Below, piece after piece: positions 40,229 through 48,614 of a stretch of 48,614 nt of DNA. Below the pieces are notes generated by a model, which saw only the letters and a list, made by a program, of their open reading frames with translations, did no database searches and was not told the origin of the DNA. Position 1 is the stretch's first letter; the number at the start of each line of letters is the position of its first letter. Source of the DNA: Thermoproteota archaeon (GTDB lineage: Archaea; Korarchaeota; Korarchaeia; B14-G2). The position numbers and the translations under genes are program-made. The stretch covers positions 1 through 48,614 of the forward strand of contig QMWA01000001.1 in NCBI GenBank assembly GCA_003661385.1, read 5' to 3'.

Positions 40229-41384
40229 GAGGACAATCGAGCTCTATATAGGCCCCCAGCACCCCGGCTCAGGCCACATGAGGTTTGACATAACGCTTGA
40301 CGGGGACATAATAGTGAAAGCTGAGCCTAGCATAGGCTACGTACACAGGTCAGTCGAGAAAATAGCAGAGACTAAAACCTACATCCAGATAGCTCCCCTG
40401 GTTGAGAGGCCTTCTCTGGCTGACACAGTCAACCCAAACCTAGGCTACATCCTAGCACTGGAGAAGCTTCTAGGAATTGAGGCTCCACCCAGAGCACAGT
40501 ACCTGAGGACACTAGCAGCTGAAGCAAACAGGATCCACAGCCACTTCTACGGTATAGGGATCCTAGGCATAATGCTAGGCTCCTCAACGGCATTCATGTG
40601 GGCCTTCGCAGACAGGGAGATCATGATAGAGCTCCTCCAGATGCTGACTGGAGCTAGGATAACATACTCATATGTAATACCAGGTGGAGTCAGGAGAGAC
40701 CTCCCAGTAGGCTTCAAGGAGGCAGCTGAAAAAGCGCTGAGGTACCTGGAGAGGAGGCTAAAAGACTACGAGAAGCTCTTCTTCGAGAACCCCGTCACAG
40801 TAGCTAGGCTCAAGGGCGTTGGGGTGCTGAAAAAGGAGGATGCTATAGCCCTAGGGATAGTGGGCCCAAACCTGAGGGCTTCAGGGGTCCACTATGATGT
40901 CAGGAGGATAGAGCCCTACGCTGCCTATGACGACCTAGACTTCGAGGTAGTGGTCAAGAAGGAGGGAGACTCCTACGCCAGGCTCATGGCTAGAGTCGAG
41001 GAGATAAAGCAGAGCATGCGTATAATAAGGCAGGTGCTCGAGAAGATACCTGATGGCCCAATACTCCACGAGAAGTACTACAAGATGATCCCTCCGAAGA
41101 CTAGAAAGCAGATAGAGGAGACTGGCAGGCTCAAGTTCCCAGCTGCATTCGCAACGCTAAAGCCCCCCAAGGGGGAGGCTTTGTCCAGGGTTGAGGGGGC
41201 TAGAGGAGAGTTCCTCTATTACGTTGTCAGCGATGGCTCACCTAGGCCATACAGGTTCAGAATGGTCTCCCCGTCATTCAGGAACGTATGGCTATTTGCC
41301 CACCTGCTTCCAGGCCACAGGCTAGCTGACATACCAGCCATATACGGTAGCATAGACTACTTCCCGCCCTGCGCTGACAGGTGA
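40212..41384 (+). CDS. nuoD: NADH-quinone oxidoreductase subunit D
   Basis: IGPQHPGSGHMRF, GYVHRSVEK, EGARGEFLYYVVSDG...YRFRMVSPSF. As expected for NuoD, there are no Ni-Fe Cys pairs. Confidence 0.9.
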   Translation: MMRLSERTIELYIGPQHPGSGHMRFDITLDGDIIVKAEPSIGYVHRSVEKIAETKTYIQIAPLVERPSLADTVNPNLGYILALEKLLGIEAPPRAQYLRTLAAEANRIHSHFYGIGILGIMLGSSTAFMWAFADREIMIELLQMLTGARITYSYVIPGGVRRDLPVGFKEAAEKALRYLERRLKDYEKLFFENPVTVARLKGVGVLKKEDAIALGIVGPNLRASGVHYDVRRIEPYAAYDDLDFEVVVKKEGDSYARLMARVEEIKQSMRIIRQVLEKIPDGPILHEKYYKMIPPKTRKQIEETGRLKFPAAFATLKPPKGEALSRVEGARGEFLYYVVSDGSPRPYRFRMVSPSFRNVWLFAHLLPGHRLADIPAIYGSIDYFPPCADR

Positions 41385-41393
41385 GGTGGTTTC

Positions 41394-42419
41394 ATGCAGG
41401 TGTCTGAGATTATAAGCTGGCTGATAAACCTCCTCTTCTACAAGCCTGAGGTGTTCTGTCCAATATTCTATCCTGGGCTAGTCACAATCCTAGCTCTCCT
41501 CATATTCATAATCTGGCTTGAGAGGAAGATAGCTGCCAAAGTACAGCTCAGATATGGCCCACTCTATGTCACAAGGAAGGCTGGTGGAATCCTTCAGCTT
41601 CTAGCAGATCTCCTCAGGTACATGTTCCAGGAGCCAATCATACCGAAGACTGTAGACAAGATAGCGTTCATAGCAGGCCCAGTCCTCCTGTTCGCGACGG
41701 CATACGTGCCTGCTGCCCTCCTGCCGGCTACAGCAGAGTTCACAGGGCTGAGGAGCGAGCTCAGCCTGCTAGCTGTGCTAGCTCTCCTCACCCTAGCACC
41801 GATATTCGACATAATAATAGGCTGGGGAAGCAACAACAAGTTCAGCCTGATAGGCAGCATGAGAGAAGGGTACATTGTGATGTCATATGAGATACCAATG
41901 TTCCTCTCTACTCTAGCAATAGCCATGGTATACGGGAGCCTAAACATAGTTGAGATAGTTGAGATGCAAAGCCGCTGCTGGGGCATCTTACTCAACCCCA
42001 TTGCAGCAGCCACGTTCCTCCTGGTTGCCCTCATATCCACAGCCAGGTTCCCCTTCGAGATAGCTGAAGCTGAAACAGAGATAGTCATGGGGCCATACAC
42101 AGAGTACAGTGGGATCCTATATGGGCTGCTGATGGGCGCCAGCTACGTCAAGTTCTATGTGCTTAGCATGCTCTTCGCCCTCCTGTTCCTAGGAGGATGG
42201 CACCCTAGCATCACGTGGCTCGAGAAGATACACCCCGCTGCACCTGGCCTAGTAGTGTTCATCAAAGCTCTCATCATAATGGTATTCGGCATATTCCTGA
42301 GAGCTGTATACCCAAGGTTCAGAGTAGACCAAGCGATAAGGGTAGGCTGGCACCTGCTGTTCATGCTCTCAATGCTCTCAATAGCATACTCCCTAGCTGT
42401 AATCTGGCTAGTAGGGTGA
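41394..42419 (+). CDS. nuoH: NADH-quinone oxidoreductase subunit H
   Basis: Polytopic. QLRYGP and the ND1 signature PFEIAEAETEIVMGPYTEYSG. Confidence 0.9.
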   Translation: MQVSEIISWLINLLFYKPEVFCPIFYPGLVTILALLIFIIWLERKIAAKVQLRYGPLYVTRKAGGILQLLADLLRYMFQEPIIPKTVDKIAFIAGPVLLFATAYVPAALLPATAEFTGLRSELSLLAVLALLTLAPIFDIIIGWGSNNKFSLIGSMREGYIVMSYEIPMFLSTLAIAMVYGSLNIVEIVEMQSRCWGILLNPIAAATFLLVALISTARFPFEIAEAETEIVMGPYTEYSGILYGLLMGASYVKFYVLSMLFALLFLGGWHPSITWLEKIHPAAPGLVVFIKALIIMVFGIFLRAVYPRFRVDQAIRVGWHLLFMLSMLSIAYSLAVIWLVG

Positions 42420-42423
42420 TAGC

Positions 42424-42900
42424 ATGGAGCTCCCTAAGAGAGTTGTTCACCACATTGAAGCCCTCTTGACTGGAGCTAAGTACCTGGTTGCAAAGCCTAG
42501 GATGACAGTGATGTACCCTGAGGAGGCTCAGATCCTCCCAGAAGGCTACAGAGGGATGCCTAAGTTCAACAGGGAGAAGTGCAGGAGCTGCAGCCTATGT
42601 GCAAGGATCTGTCCAGCTAACGCCATAAAGATGTACACAGTTGAGGTTGAAGGCGAGAAAAAGAAGAAGTACCCTGGGATAAACTACAACAGGTGCATCT
42701 TCTGTGGGTTCTGCGTGGACATCTGCCCAGCTGGCGCCCTGGAGTTCACCGACATCCACGACTACGCCTCATACAGCCTCGAGGACCTCGTGTTTAAGCC
42801 TGACAGGTTTGCTGAAGGACCTCCCCCGAGGCCTTTCAAGCCTAAGCTCGTTAAGCCCATGCTAGATGAGGAGGTGGGGTTGAAGTATGTTCCAGGCTAA
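42424..42900 (+). CDS. nuoI: NADH-quinone oxidoreductase subunit I
   Basis: CRSCSLCARICP and CIFCGFCVDICP (2x[4Fe-4S]). Confidence 0.9.
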   Translation: MELPKRVVHHIEALLTGAKYLVAKPRMTVMYPEEAQILPEGYRGMPKFNREKCRSCSLCARICPANAIKMYTVEVEGEKKKKYPGINYNRCIFCGFCVDICPAGALEFTDIHDYASYSLEDLVFKPDRFAEGPPPRPFKPKLVKPMLDEEVGLKYVPG

Positions 42901-43372
42901 CATAGTTGAAGGTCTAATATTTACCTTAGCTGCAGCTCTCACAATAGCTTCAGCTGCGCTGGTTGTGTCAGCGAAGTCGCTGGTCTACTCCGCCTTCTTC
43001 CTAGCACTAGTGGGCGCAGGCAACGCTGTCTTCATGGCTATGCTAGGCTTCCCAGTAATATCGCTGTTCCAGCTGTCTGTCTACGTTGGAGCTGCAGTCA
43101 CATTCATCCTGTTCTCCATAACCATGTTCAGGAAGCCTGTGAGAATAGAGCCTACAGCTGGTATACTGGCCTTAGATGCTGCAGTGCTAGCTACAGCAGG
43201 CCTCCTCTATGCTTTCCAGTCAGTCACAGGGACCCCTGTCTCAGTAGGCTTCAAGGAGATCTCGTCCCTGCTCATAGGCAAGTACAGGTTTGCTCTGATT
43301 ATAGCGTCCCTAGCCCTCGTTACCACGCTTATTGAAGCCATAACCCTAGCTATGAGAGGTGAGATGAAATGA
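42887..43372 (+). CDS. nuoJ: NADH-quinone oxidoreductase subunit J
   Basis: 161-aa hydrophobic protein at the conserved position between nuoI and nuoK. ND6-like N-terminal helices. Confidence 0.8.
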   Translation: MFQANIVEGLIFTLAAALTIASAALVVSAKSLVYSAFFLALVGAGNAVFMAMLGFPVISLFQLSVYVGAAVTFILFSITMFRKPVRIEPTAGILALDAAVLATAGLLYAFQSVTGTPVSVGFKEISSLLIGKYRFALIIASLALVTTLIEAITLAMRGEMK

Positions 43373-43671
43373 CGGTCCTACCTTATCTTGCTGTGTCGGC
43401 CTGCCTGTTTGGAATAGGCCTATATGGCCTGCTGTCAAGTAGGAACTTCATCAAGATGCTCCTGTCAGCTGAGGTTATATTCAATGGCGGCCTGCTTGCG
43501 TTGCTGTCTTTGGCAGCTGCCTCAGGTGCGCCCCCAACAGGCGGTACTATAGCGATACTAGCCATAGCGATTGCTGCAGCCGAAGTTGGTGTGGCGGTCT
43601 CTATAGCAATCCTCATGTTCATGCTGAAGGGAGATGTAGATGTGTATAAGCTTGAGAAGTTTAAGGGGTGA
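43369..43671 (+). CDS. nuoK: NADH-quinone oxidoreductase subunit K
   Basis: 100 aa, three TM helices, AIAIAAAEVGVAVSIAIL (conserved Glu). Confidence 0.9.
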   Translation: MTVLPYLAVSACLFGIGLYGLLSSRNFIKMLLSAEVIFNGGLLALLSLAAASGAPPTGGTIAILAIAIAAAEVGVAVSIAILMFMLKGDVDVYKLEKFKG

Positions 43672-45215
43672 TTGATGTGCAGCTAGAGTTCCCAGTCCTA
43701 ATGTCCACAGTGGTCGTCCCTATATTAGGGTCGCTGTTACTGCCGCTATTCGGTAGAGAGGAAAGCCCAGAAGCCAACGCTACAGCAGCTACCATACTCC
43801 TACTATGGCCTCTAGTCGCCATAGCAGGGCTAATGGCTACAACAGGCCTTAAGGAGCCGGTCATAGACCCGCCTGTCTTCTCAAGCACCAGAGCAGGCAC
43901 CTTCACCATGATACTGGATGGCTTAAACGCTCCGCTAGCCATATCCATAGCAGTTGTCACAGCGTTCGTAGCTATGTACTCACTGCCTTACATGAAGCAC
44001 AGGTTCGAGGAGATGGAGCACGAAGGTGAGAAGCCCCCATCCTGGGGAGTATACTATATGCTCTATGTCATGTTCTCTGCTGCAATGCTAGGCACAGTCC
44101 TCTCGACAAATGTCCTCGAATTCTACCTATTCCTAGAGCTTAGCCTGCTTCCAAGCTTCCTCCTAATAGCCTTCTACGGGTACGGTGAGAGAGCTAAGAT
44201 AGCAATCCTCTACCTGATCTGGACTCACGTAGGTGCTCTATTGTTCCTAGCTGGAGCAATGGTTCTAGGCTTAAAGACCGGGATATTTGACATAATAAAC
44301 CCAGCTACCCTACAGCACTACATCGCGCTGGGAGAAAGGCTCCCTGCAGCCGTAAGGATGCCTGTTGCAATAGCTCTCATAGTAGGATTGTTCGTCAAGA
44401 TGGCTGTCTTTGGTGTCCACATATGGCTGCCATACGCTCACGCTGAGGCCCCAACTCCCGTGTCAGCGCTCCTATCACCAAATCTGATCGGCATAGCAGG
44501 CTACGCGCTAGTCAGGATAAGCTACACATTCTTCCCAAAGGAGTTCAAGGCTGTATCACCATACCTGACATTCCTAGCATTACTGACAATGATATATGGT
44601 GGTTTCATGGTTCTTGCACAGGATGACTTCAAGAGGCTGCTAGCATACTCCAGTATAAGCCAGATGGGCTACATACTCCTTGGCGTGTCAAGCCTGCTTC
44701 CAAGCGGCATAGCTGGAGCAATGCTCCACTACGCCTCTCATGCAGTCGGGAAAGCACTACTCTTCATGACTGCAGGAACCCTGATAGTGCAGCTGCATGG
44801 GCTGAGGAGCATAAGCAGGATGGGTGGATTGGCGCCTAGGATGCCATACACAGCTGCACTGGCTCTAATAGGCTTTATGCACATCACAGGAGTACCTCCA
44901 TCTCTAGGTCTCTGGAGCGAGATCCTCATAGTCATGGGTGCAGTCAACAGGGCGATAGAATCAGGGTCAAACTACTTCATAGCCCTGGTAGCTGGCTTGC
45001 TGGTAGCCATAGGGCTGTCCACAGCATACGCCTTCGTCACGATGAAGAGGATATTCTTCGGAGAGCCATCTAAGGCAGCTGAGGAAGCTAAGGAGGCTGG
45101 AAGAGGCATAATCCTACCGATGGCTCTCATAGCTGCCATGGGCATGATCTTCTTCCTGATGCCATACAAGCTCGTCAACCCGCTAGTAGACTTGGTAACC
45201 TCTCTGCTGAGGTGA
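43668..45215 (+). CDS. nuoM: NADH-quinone oxidoreductase antiporter-like subunit, NuoM type
   Basis: HIWLPYAHAEAPTPVSALLS and LLAYSSISQMGYILLG. 515 aa. GTG start overlaps the nuoK stop. Confidence 0.85.
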   Translation: MIDVQLEFPVLMSTVVVPILGSLLLPLFGREESPEANATAATILLLWPLVAIAGLMATTGLKEPVIDPPVFSSTRAGTFTMILDGLNAPLAISIAVVTAFVAMYSLPYMKHRFEEMEHEGEKPPSWGVYYMLYVMFSAAMLGTVLSTNVLEFYLFLELSLLPSFLLIAFYGYGERAKIAILYLIWTHVGALLFLAGAMVLGLKTGIFDIINPATLQHYIALGERLPAAVRMPVAIALIVGLFVKMAVFGVHIWLPYAHAEAPTPVSALLSPNLIGIAGYALVRISYTFFPKEFKAVSPYLTFLALLTMIYGGFMVLAQDDFKRLLAYSSISQMGYILLGVSSLLPSGIAGAMLHYASHAVGKALLFMTAGTLIVQLHGLRSISRMGGLAPRMPYTAALALIGFMHITGVPPSLGLWSEILIVMGAVNRAIESGSNYFIALVAGLLVAIGLSTAYAFVTMKRIFFGEPSKAAEEAKEAGRGIILPMALIAAMGMIFFLMPYKLVNPLVDLVTSLLR

Positions 45216-47326
45216 AGCCCTTGGAGCTAGCTACAGCCTCAGCTGTACTCACATGGCTACTACCATACATCGGGGCTCTGGTAGCACTGGTAGCTAAGGG
45301 CAAGGCTAGAGACTACACCTGCGCAGGGGTCCTGCTAGTCAGCGCCCTCTTCTCCACAGTGCTCTGGAGGTCTGTGATAGCTGGAGGCGAGCCTGTGGTC
45401 TTCAAGAAGCCGTGGATCGAGGCCCTAGGCCTAGAGATAAACCTCGGAGTGTACGTGGACAGCCTAGCAGCCTACATGGGGCTGGTAGTAGCCTGGCTCT
45501 GCTTCCTGATAGGCTTCTACAGCCTGAAGTACATGGAAGGTGACCCAGGCTTAACCAGGTACTGGTTCTTCTTCGACTTCTTCGTGGGCTCAATGCTCCT
45601 CCTAGTCTACGCTGAGAACCTGATAACGATGTTCCTGGGATGGGAGGGGACAGGCCTAGCATCATACGCCCTAATAGGCCACTGGTACACCGACGAGGAG
45701 GAGCGCTGGGTGGGAGACCCAGGCAGAAAGGCGCTAGGGGTCCCAATGTGGTTCCCACCAAGCCACAGCGGAGTGAGAGCCATAGTCTTCACCAGGCTAG
45801 GCGACGTCGGCTTCATAGCTGGCATAGCAGTGCTGTACGCGCTGACAGGCACGTTCAGCATACCTGAGCTAGCTGAGCACCCAGAGTACTGGGCTCTACC
45901 ACTAGCAGCAAGAGGCCTCCTCTACCCATTCCTACTCGTATTCTCGCTAGGAGCCTTAGCTAAAAGCGCCCAGTTTCCATTCCATGAGTGGCTTGTCACA
46001 GCTATGACAGGCCCAACCTCAGTCTCAGCTCTGATACACGCGGCGACAATGGTTAAGGCCGGGGTCTTCTTCATGCTCAGATTCGCTCCCATATTCGTGG
46101 CGGCAGCCCACATACCTGAAGCAGCACCTGCAGTGCACAGCTTCTTCGCGACTATAGCCCTGATAGGGGGCTTCACAGCATTCTTCATGGCAACCCAGGC
46201 TACAGTAGCCAGAGAGCTGAAGCTCATCCTAGCCTTCTCGACAGCATCCCAGCTAGGCTACATGTTCCTGGCAATCGGCTCCTCAGGGCTTCTACACGAG
46301 TTCGTGAGTGGGTTCGCAGCATGCTTCAACCACCTGATGAGCCACGCAGTATTCAAGGCATCACTGTTCCTAGCAGCTGGAGCAGTGATACACGCCGTCC
46401 ACTCTAGGTTCATAGACGACATGGGAGCCCTCTCAAAGTACATGAAGCTCACATTCATAGCAATGCTCCTGGCAGCACTGAGCCTATCAGGTGTCCCGCC
46501 GTTCATGGGCTTCTGGACGAAAGACTCCGTAGTGGAGGCTGCCAAGCACGCGCACCTAGCGCTCCCGACTGCATTCGGCGCTGTGACCTCGCTTCTGACA
46601 GCATTCTACTCAATGAGGATGCTCTGCATAGTATTCCTCGGGAGGGAGTCCAAGAACGTGGAGCACGCGCTAGAAGAGCACAAGCTCCATGAGGCACACC
46701 CGATAATGCTAGCCCCATACCTGCTGCTGGCCCTGGTGTCAATAGGCCTAGGCATAGCATGGCCCCTAGCATACCCAGCTCTGATGAAGACCCTGACACA
46801 CAGTGTCATAGGCCTGGAAGAAGTCCCACATGAGTTCCACCTGCATATCGACGTGCAGCTCACAGCTACATGCTCCACACTGGTAGCAGCAGGCCTTCTA
46901 CTGGCCATAGCAAACTACTTCAAGCCAGCTCTCAGACTAGACTCAGCTCTGCTAAAGCAGCCGCCGCTGAAGGCTCTCAGAGAGTTCCTCTATGACAGGT
47001 GGCTTCTTAACTCAGTGTACTACAAGATATTCGTCTACGGTGGAGCAGCGTTTGCTAGAGCAGCCTTCAAGTGGTTCGACACTCTAGTGGTAGACGGCCT
47101 ATACCACAGGCTAATACCATGGCTCACAATGTGGTTCAGCAGAGAAGCTTTCAAGAACTTTGAGACACCAGTGATAGACGAAGGCTACCACAGCAAGATC
47201 CCGCATGCCTTCATTAAGGCTGGAAGCGTGTTCAGGAGAGCTCAGACTGGGAGAATAAACCACTATCTACTCACATTCTTCACAGGCTTGGTTATCGTAG
47301 CCATATTAGTCCTCTGGGTGATATAA
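45212..47326 (+). CDS. nuoL: NADH-quinone oxidoreductase antiporter-like subunit, NuoL type (with C-terminal lateral-helix extension)
   Basis: FPFHEWLVTAMTGPTSVSALIHAATMVKAGVF, and a long C-terminal amphipathic region plus a final TM. 704 aa. Confidence 0.9.
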   Translation: MKPLELATASAVLTWLLPYIGALVALVAKGKARDYTCAGVLLVSALFSTVLWRSVIAGGEPVVFKKPWIEALGLEINLGVYVDSLAAYMGLVVAWLCFLIGFYSLKYMEGDPGLTRYWFFFDFFVGSMLLLVYAENLITMFLGWEGTGLASYALIGHWYTDEEERWVGDPGRKALGVPMWFPPSHSGVRAIVFTRLGDVGFIAGIAVLYALTGTFSIPELAEHPEYWALPLAARGLLYPFLLVFSLGALAKSAQFPFHEWLVTAMTGPTSVSALIHAATMVKAGVFFMLRFAPIFVAAAHIPEAAPAVHSFFATIALIGGFTAFFMATQATVARELKLILAFSTASQLGYMFLAIGSSGLLHEFVSGFAACFNHLMSHAVFKASLFLAAGAVIHAVHSRFIDDMGALSKYMKLTFIAMLLAALSLSGVPPFMGFWTKDSVVEAAKHAHLALPTAFGAVTSLLTAFYSMRMLCIVFLGRESKNVEHALEEHKLHEAHPIMLAPYLLLALVSIGLGIAWPLAYPALMKTLTHSVIGLEEVPHEFHLHIDVQLTATCSTLVAAGLLLAIANYFKPALRLDSALLKQPPLKALREFLYDRWLLNSVYYKIFVYGGAAFARAAFKWFDTLVVDGLYHRLIPWLTMWFSREAFKNFETPVIDEGYHSKIPHAFIKAGSVFRRAQTGRINHYLLTFFTGLVIVAILVLWVI

Positions 47327-47327
47327 G

Positions 47328-48614
47328 ATGGCTACAGTCTCAGCTCTGTTCTCCCTCGCCTCATTTATCCTAGCTGGAGCTGGCCTCTCGATCCCAGCTC
47401 TCGACTACATCCTCATTAGAAGAAGGAGGACTGCCCCCTACCTCACTTTGGCTACTCTAGCCGCAGCCTTAGCCATATACACGGTGATGGCAGTATCGCT
47501 AGCATCATCAAGCAGCATAGTGGTGTTTGGTGGTGCTCTCAGGCTAGACTTCTATGGTGCATTCCTTGGGGTTCTGGTGGCAGCTGGAGCGCTGCTAGTT
47601 GCCATAGCTAGCCTACCAGAGGTATCGAAGTGGCCTCTTTCACCGAGCTTCTACTCACTAGTGCTCCTGGCGCTCACGGGAGTCGAGGTCATGCTCTACA
47701 TAGCAGACCTAGTAGTGCTGCTAGTCACATGGGCTCTGGTAGCTGTAGCCTCCTATGTGCTAGTCGGCATAAAGAAAGATGAGCCTTCTGTCGAGGGGGC
47801 AGCCAAGTATGCCTTGATGGGAGTAGCATCCTCCTCGCTGATGGTATATGGGATAGCAATACTCTATGGTCTCACTGGGTCGACAGCTCTCCCACTGAAG
47901 TCGCCACAGCAAGGCTTCCTCCTGTTCTCAGCTGGAGTACTGCTCTTAGTAGCTTCATTCGGCTTCAAGCTGGGTGTAGTACCATTCCACGGGTGGCTTC
48001 CTGATGTCTACGGTGGAGTACACCCACTCGTGGTATCCTATATAGCTGGTGTAGTTAAGGTAGTTGGAATCATAGCTCTAGTCAGAGTACTATACCCGCT
48101 AGGTCCAGCTCTAGGCGTGAAGTGGACTCAGCTTCTAGCAATACTCTCGATAGCGACGATGACCTTCGGCAATGTGGTCGCTCTAGTACAGCAGAATGTC
48201 CAGCGGATGATGGCATACAGCAGCATAGCCCATGCAGGCTACCTCCTAGTGGGGCTAGCAGCTGCAATAAGCCCAGCTGGAAAATCCTACGGGATACAAG
48301 GTGTAGCACTACACATGACAGCCTACATACTAGCTAAAGTAGGCATATTCCTAGGGCTAGCATACCTAGCTCGGAAGGGAGTAGAGCTGACGCTAGCAGG
48401 CATAAGGGGAGTAGGTAGAACAATGCCTGCCATATCCCTAGGGATAGCCATCCAGATAATAAGCCTGATGGGAGTCCCACCATTCCTAGGATTCTGGAGC
48501 AAGTTCATCTACCTGTTCCTATCAGTGTTCGACGTGGCACCAGGACTAGCTCTCGCAGCAATAATCAACAGTGGGATCTCAGTAGGCTACTATGCTCAAG
48601 TACTAAGGCAAATG
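47328..48614 (+). CDS. nuoN: NADH-quinone oxidoreductase antiporter-like subunit, NuoN type (partial, runs off the right edge)
   Basis: Not in the ORF track because there is no in-window stop. My translation from ATG 47328 is open for 429 codons: MATVSALFSLASFILAG...EGAAKYALMGVASSSLMVYGIAILYGLTGS...GFKLGVVPFHGWLPDVYGG...QRMMAYSSIAHAGYLLVG. Confidence 0.85.
   Translation, partial: MATVSALFSLASFILAGAGLSIPALDYILIRRRRTAPYLTLATLAAALAIYTVMAVSLASSSSIVVFGGALRLDFYGAFLGVLVAAGALLVAIASLPEVSKWPLSPSFYSLVLLALTGVEVMLYIADLVVLLVTWALVAVASYVLVGIKKDEPSVEGAAKYALMGVASSSLMVYGIAILYGLTGSTALPLKSPQQGFLLFSAGVLLLVASFGFKLGVVPFHGWLPDVYGGVHPLVVSYIAGVVKVVGIIALVRVLYPLGPALGVKWTQLLAILSIATMTFGNVVALVQQNVQRMMAYSSIAHAGYLLVGLAAAISPAGKSYGIQGVALHMTAYILAKVGIFLGLAYLARKGVELTLAGIRGVGRTMPAISLGIAIQIISLMGVPPFLGFWSKFIYLFLSVFDVAPGLALAAIINSGISVGYYAQVLRQM

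Noticed and set aside
1-48614. Mobile element, prophage or genomic island; tRNA or rRNA genes.
   Set aside because: There is no integrase, transposase, terminal inverted or direct repeat, or T-loop/anticodon-arm-like sequence. Composition looks uniform and gene content is housekeeping.

Overview
This is a 48.6-kb, very gene-dense chromosomal segment with about 55 CDS. Spacers are mostly under 100 nt and there are many start/stop overlaps.

It reads as a hyperthermophilic crenarchaeon, possibly Desulfurococcales-like; that taxon guess is low confidence. Supporting signs:
- Archaea-typical families: PAC2 proteasome chaperone, DUF359 GTP-dependent dephospho-CoA kinase, SpeH-type AdoMetDC, ATP-dependent DNA ligase, and an 11-subunit nuo operon without nuoEFG.
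- A/T-rich TATA-like boxes about 25-35 nt upstream of start codons.
- Many TTG/GTG starts.

I found no rRNA, tRNA, CRISPR array, transposase/integrase or recognisable defence genes. Most of the window is ordinary core-genome DNA.

Gene content, left to right:
- CooC-like ATPase, metallophosphoesterase, speH plus an HDAC-family deacetylase, dephospho-CoA kinase, an orphan 389-aa protein, pgk.
- A minus-strand sHSP-PAC2-DHH-Cys-cluster operon.
- FAH hydrolase, asnS, a PurM-like protein, a convergent CYTH/macro-domain pair.
- Stomatin-NfeD plus a PD-(D/E)xK nuclease-like gene.
- A delta-alpha-beta 2-oxoacid:ferredoxin oxidoreductase with no gamma subunit.
- A membrane-anchored HExxH protein, and mtaD coupled to a presenilin-like protease.
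- HD hydrolase, Nth-like glycosylase, etfBA, AbrB-PhoU, a MobA-like protein, DNA ligase.
- A quinone side-chain cluster (polyprenyl synthase, prenyl reductase-like, MenA-like) directly upstream of nuoABCDHIJKMLN. nuoN runs off the right edge and is missing from the ORF track.

The most unusual content is at 32.2-35.8 kb:
- Two divergent units encode an FrhB-like flavo-FeS protein, an EK-rich coiled-coil protein and a fused NuoC-NuoD-like protein. The last has lost both Ni-Fe cysteine pairs.
- Across an 18-bp perfect palindrome sits a hydrogenase-small-subunit/NuoB-like protein fused to a 2x[4Fe-4S] ferredoxin.
- The subunit architecture mirrors FrhABG but is built from group-4/complex-I-type parts, and it lies next to the canonical complex I operon, which lacks an input module.

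All functional calls come from reading motifs by eye. No database search was possible.
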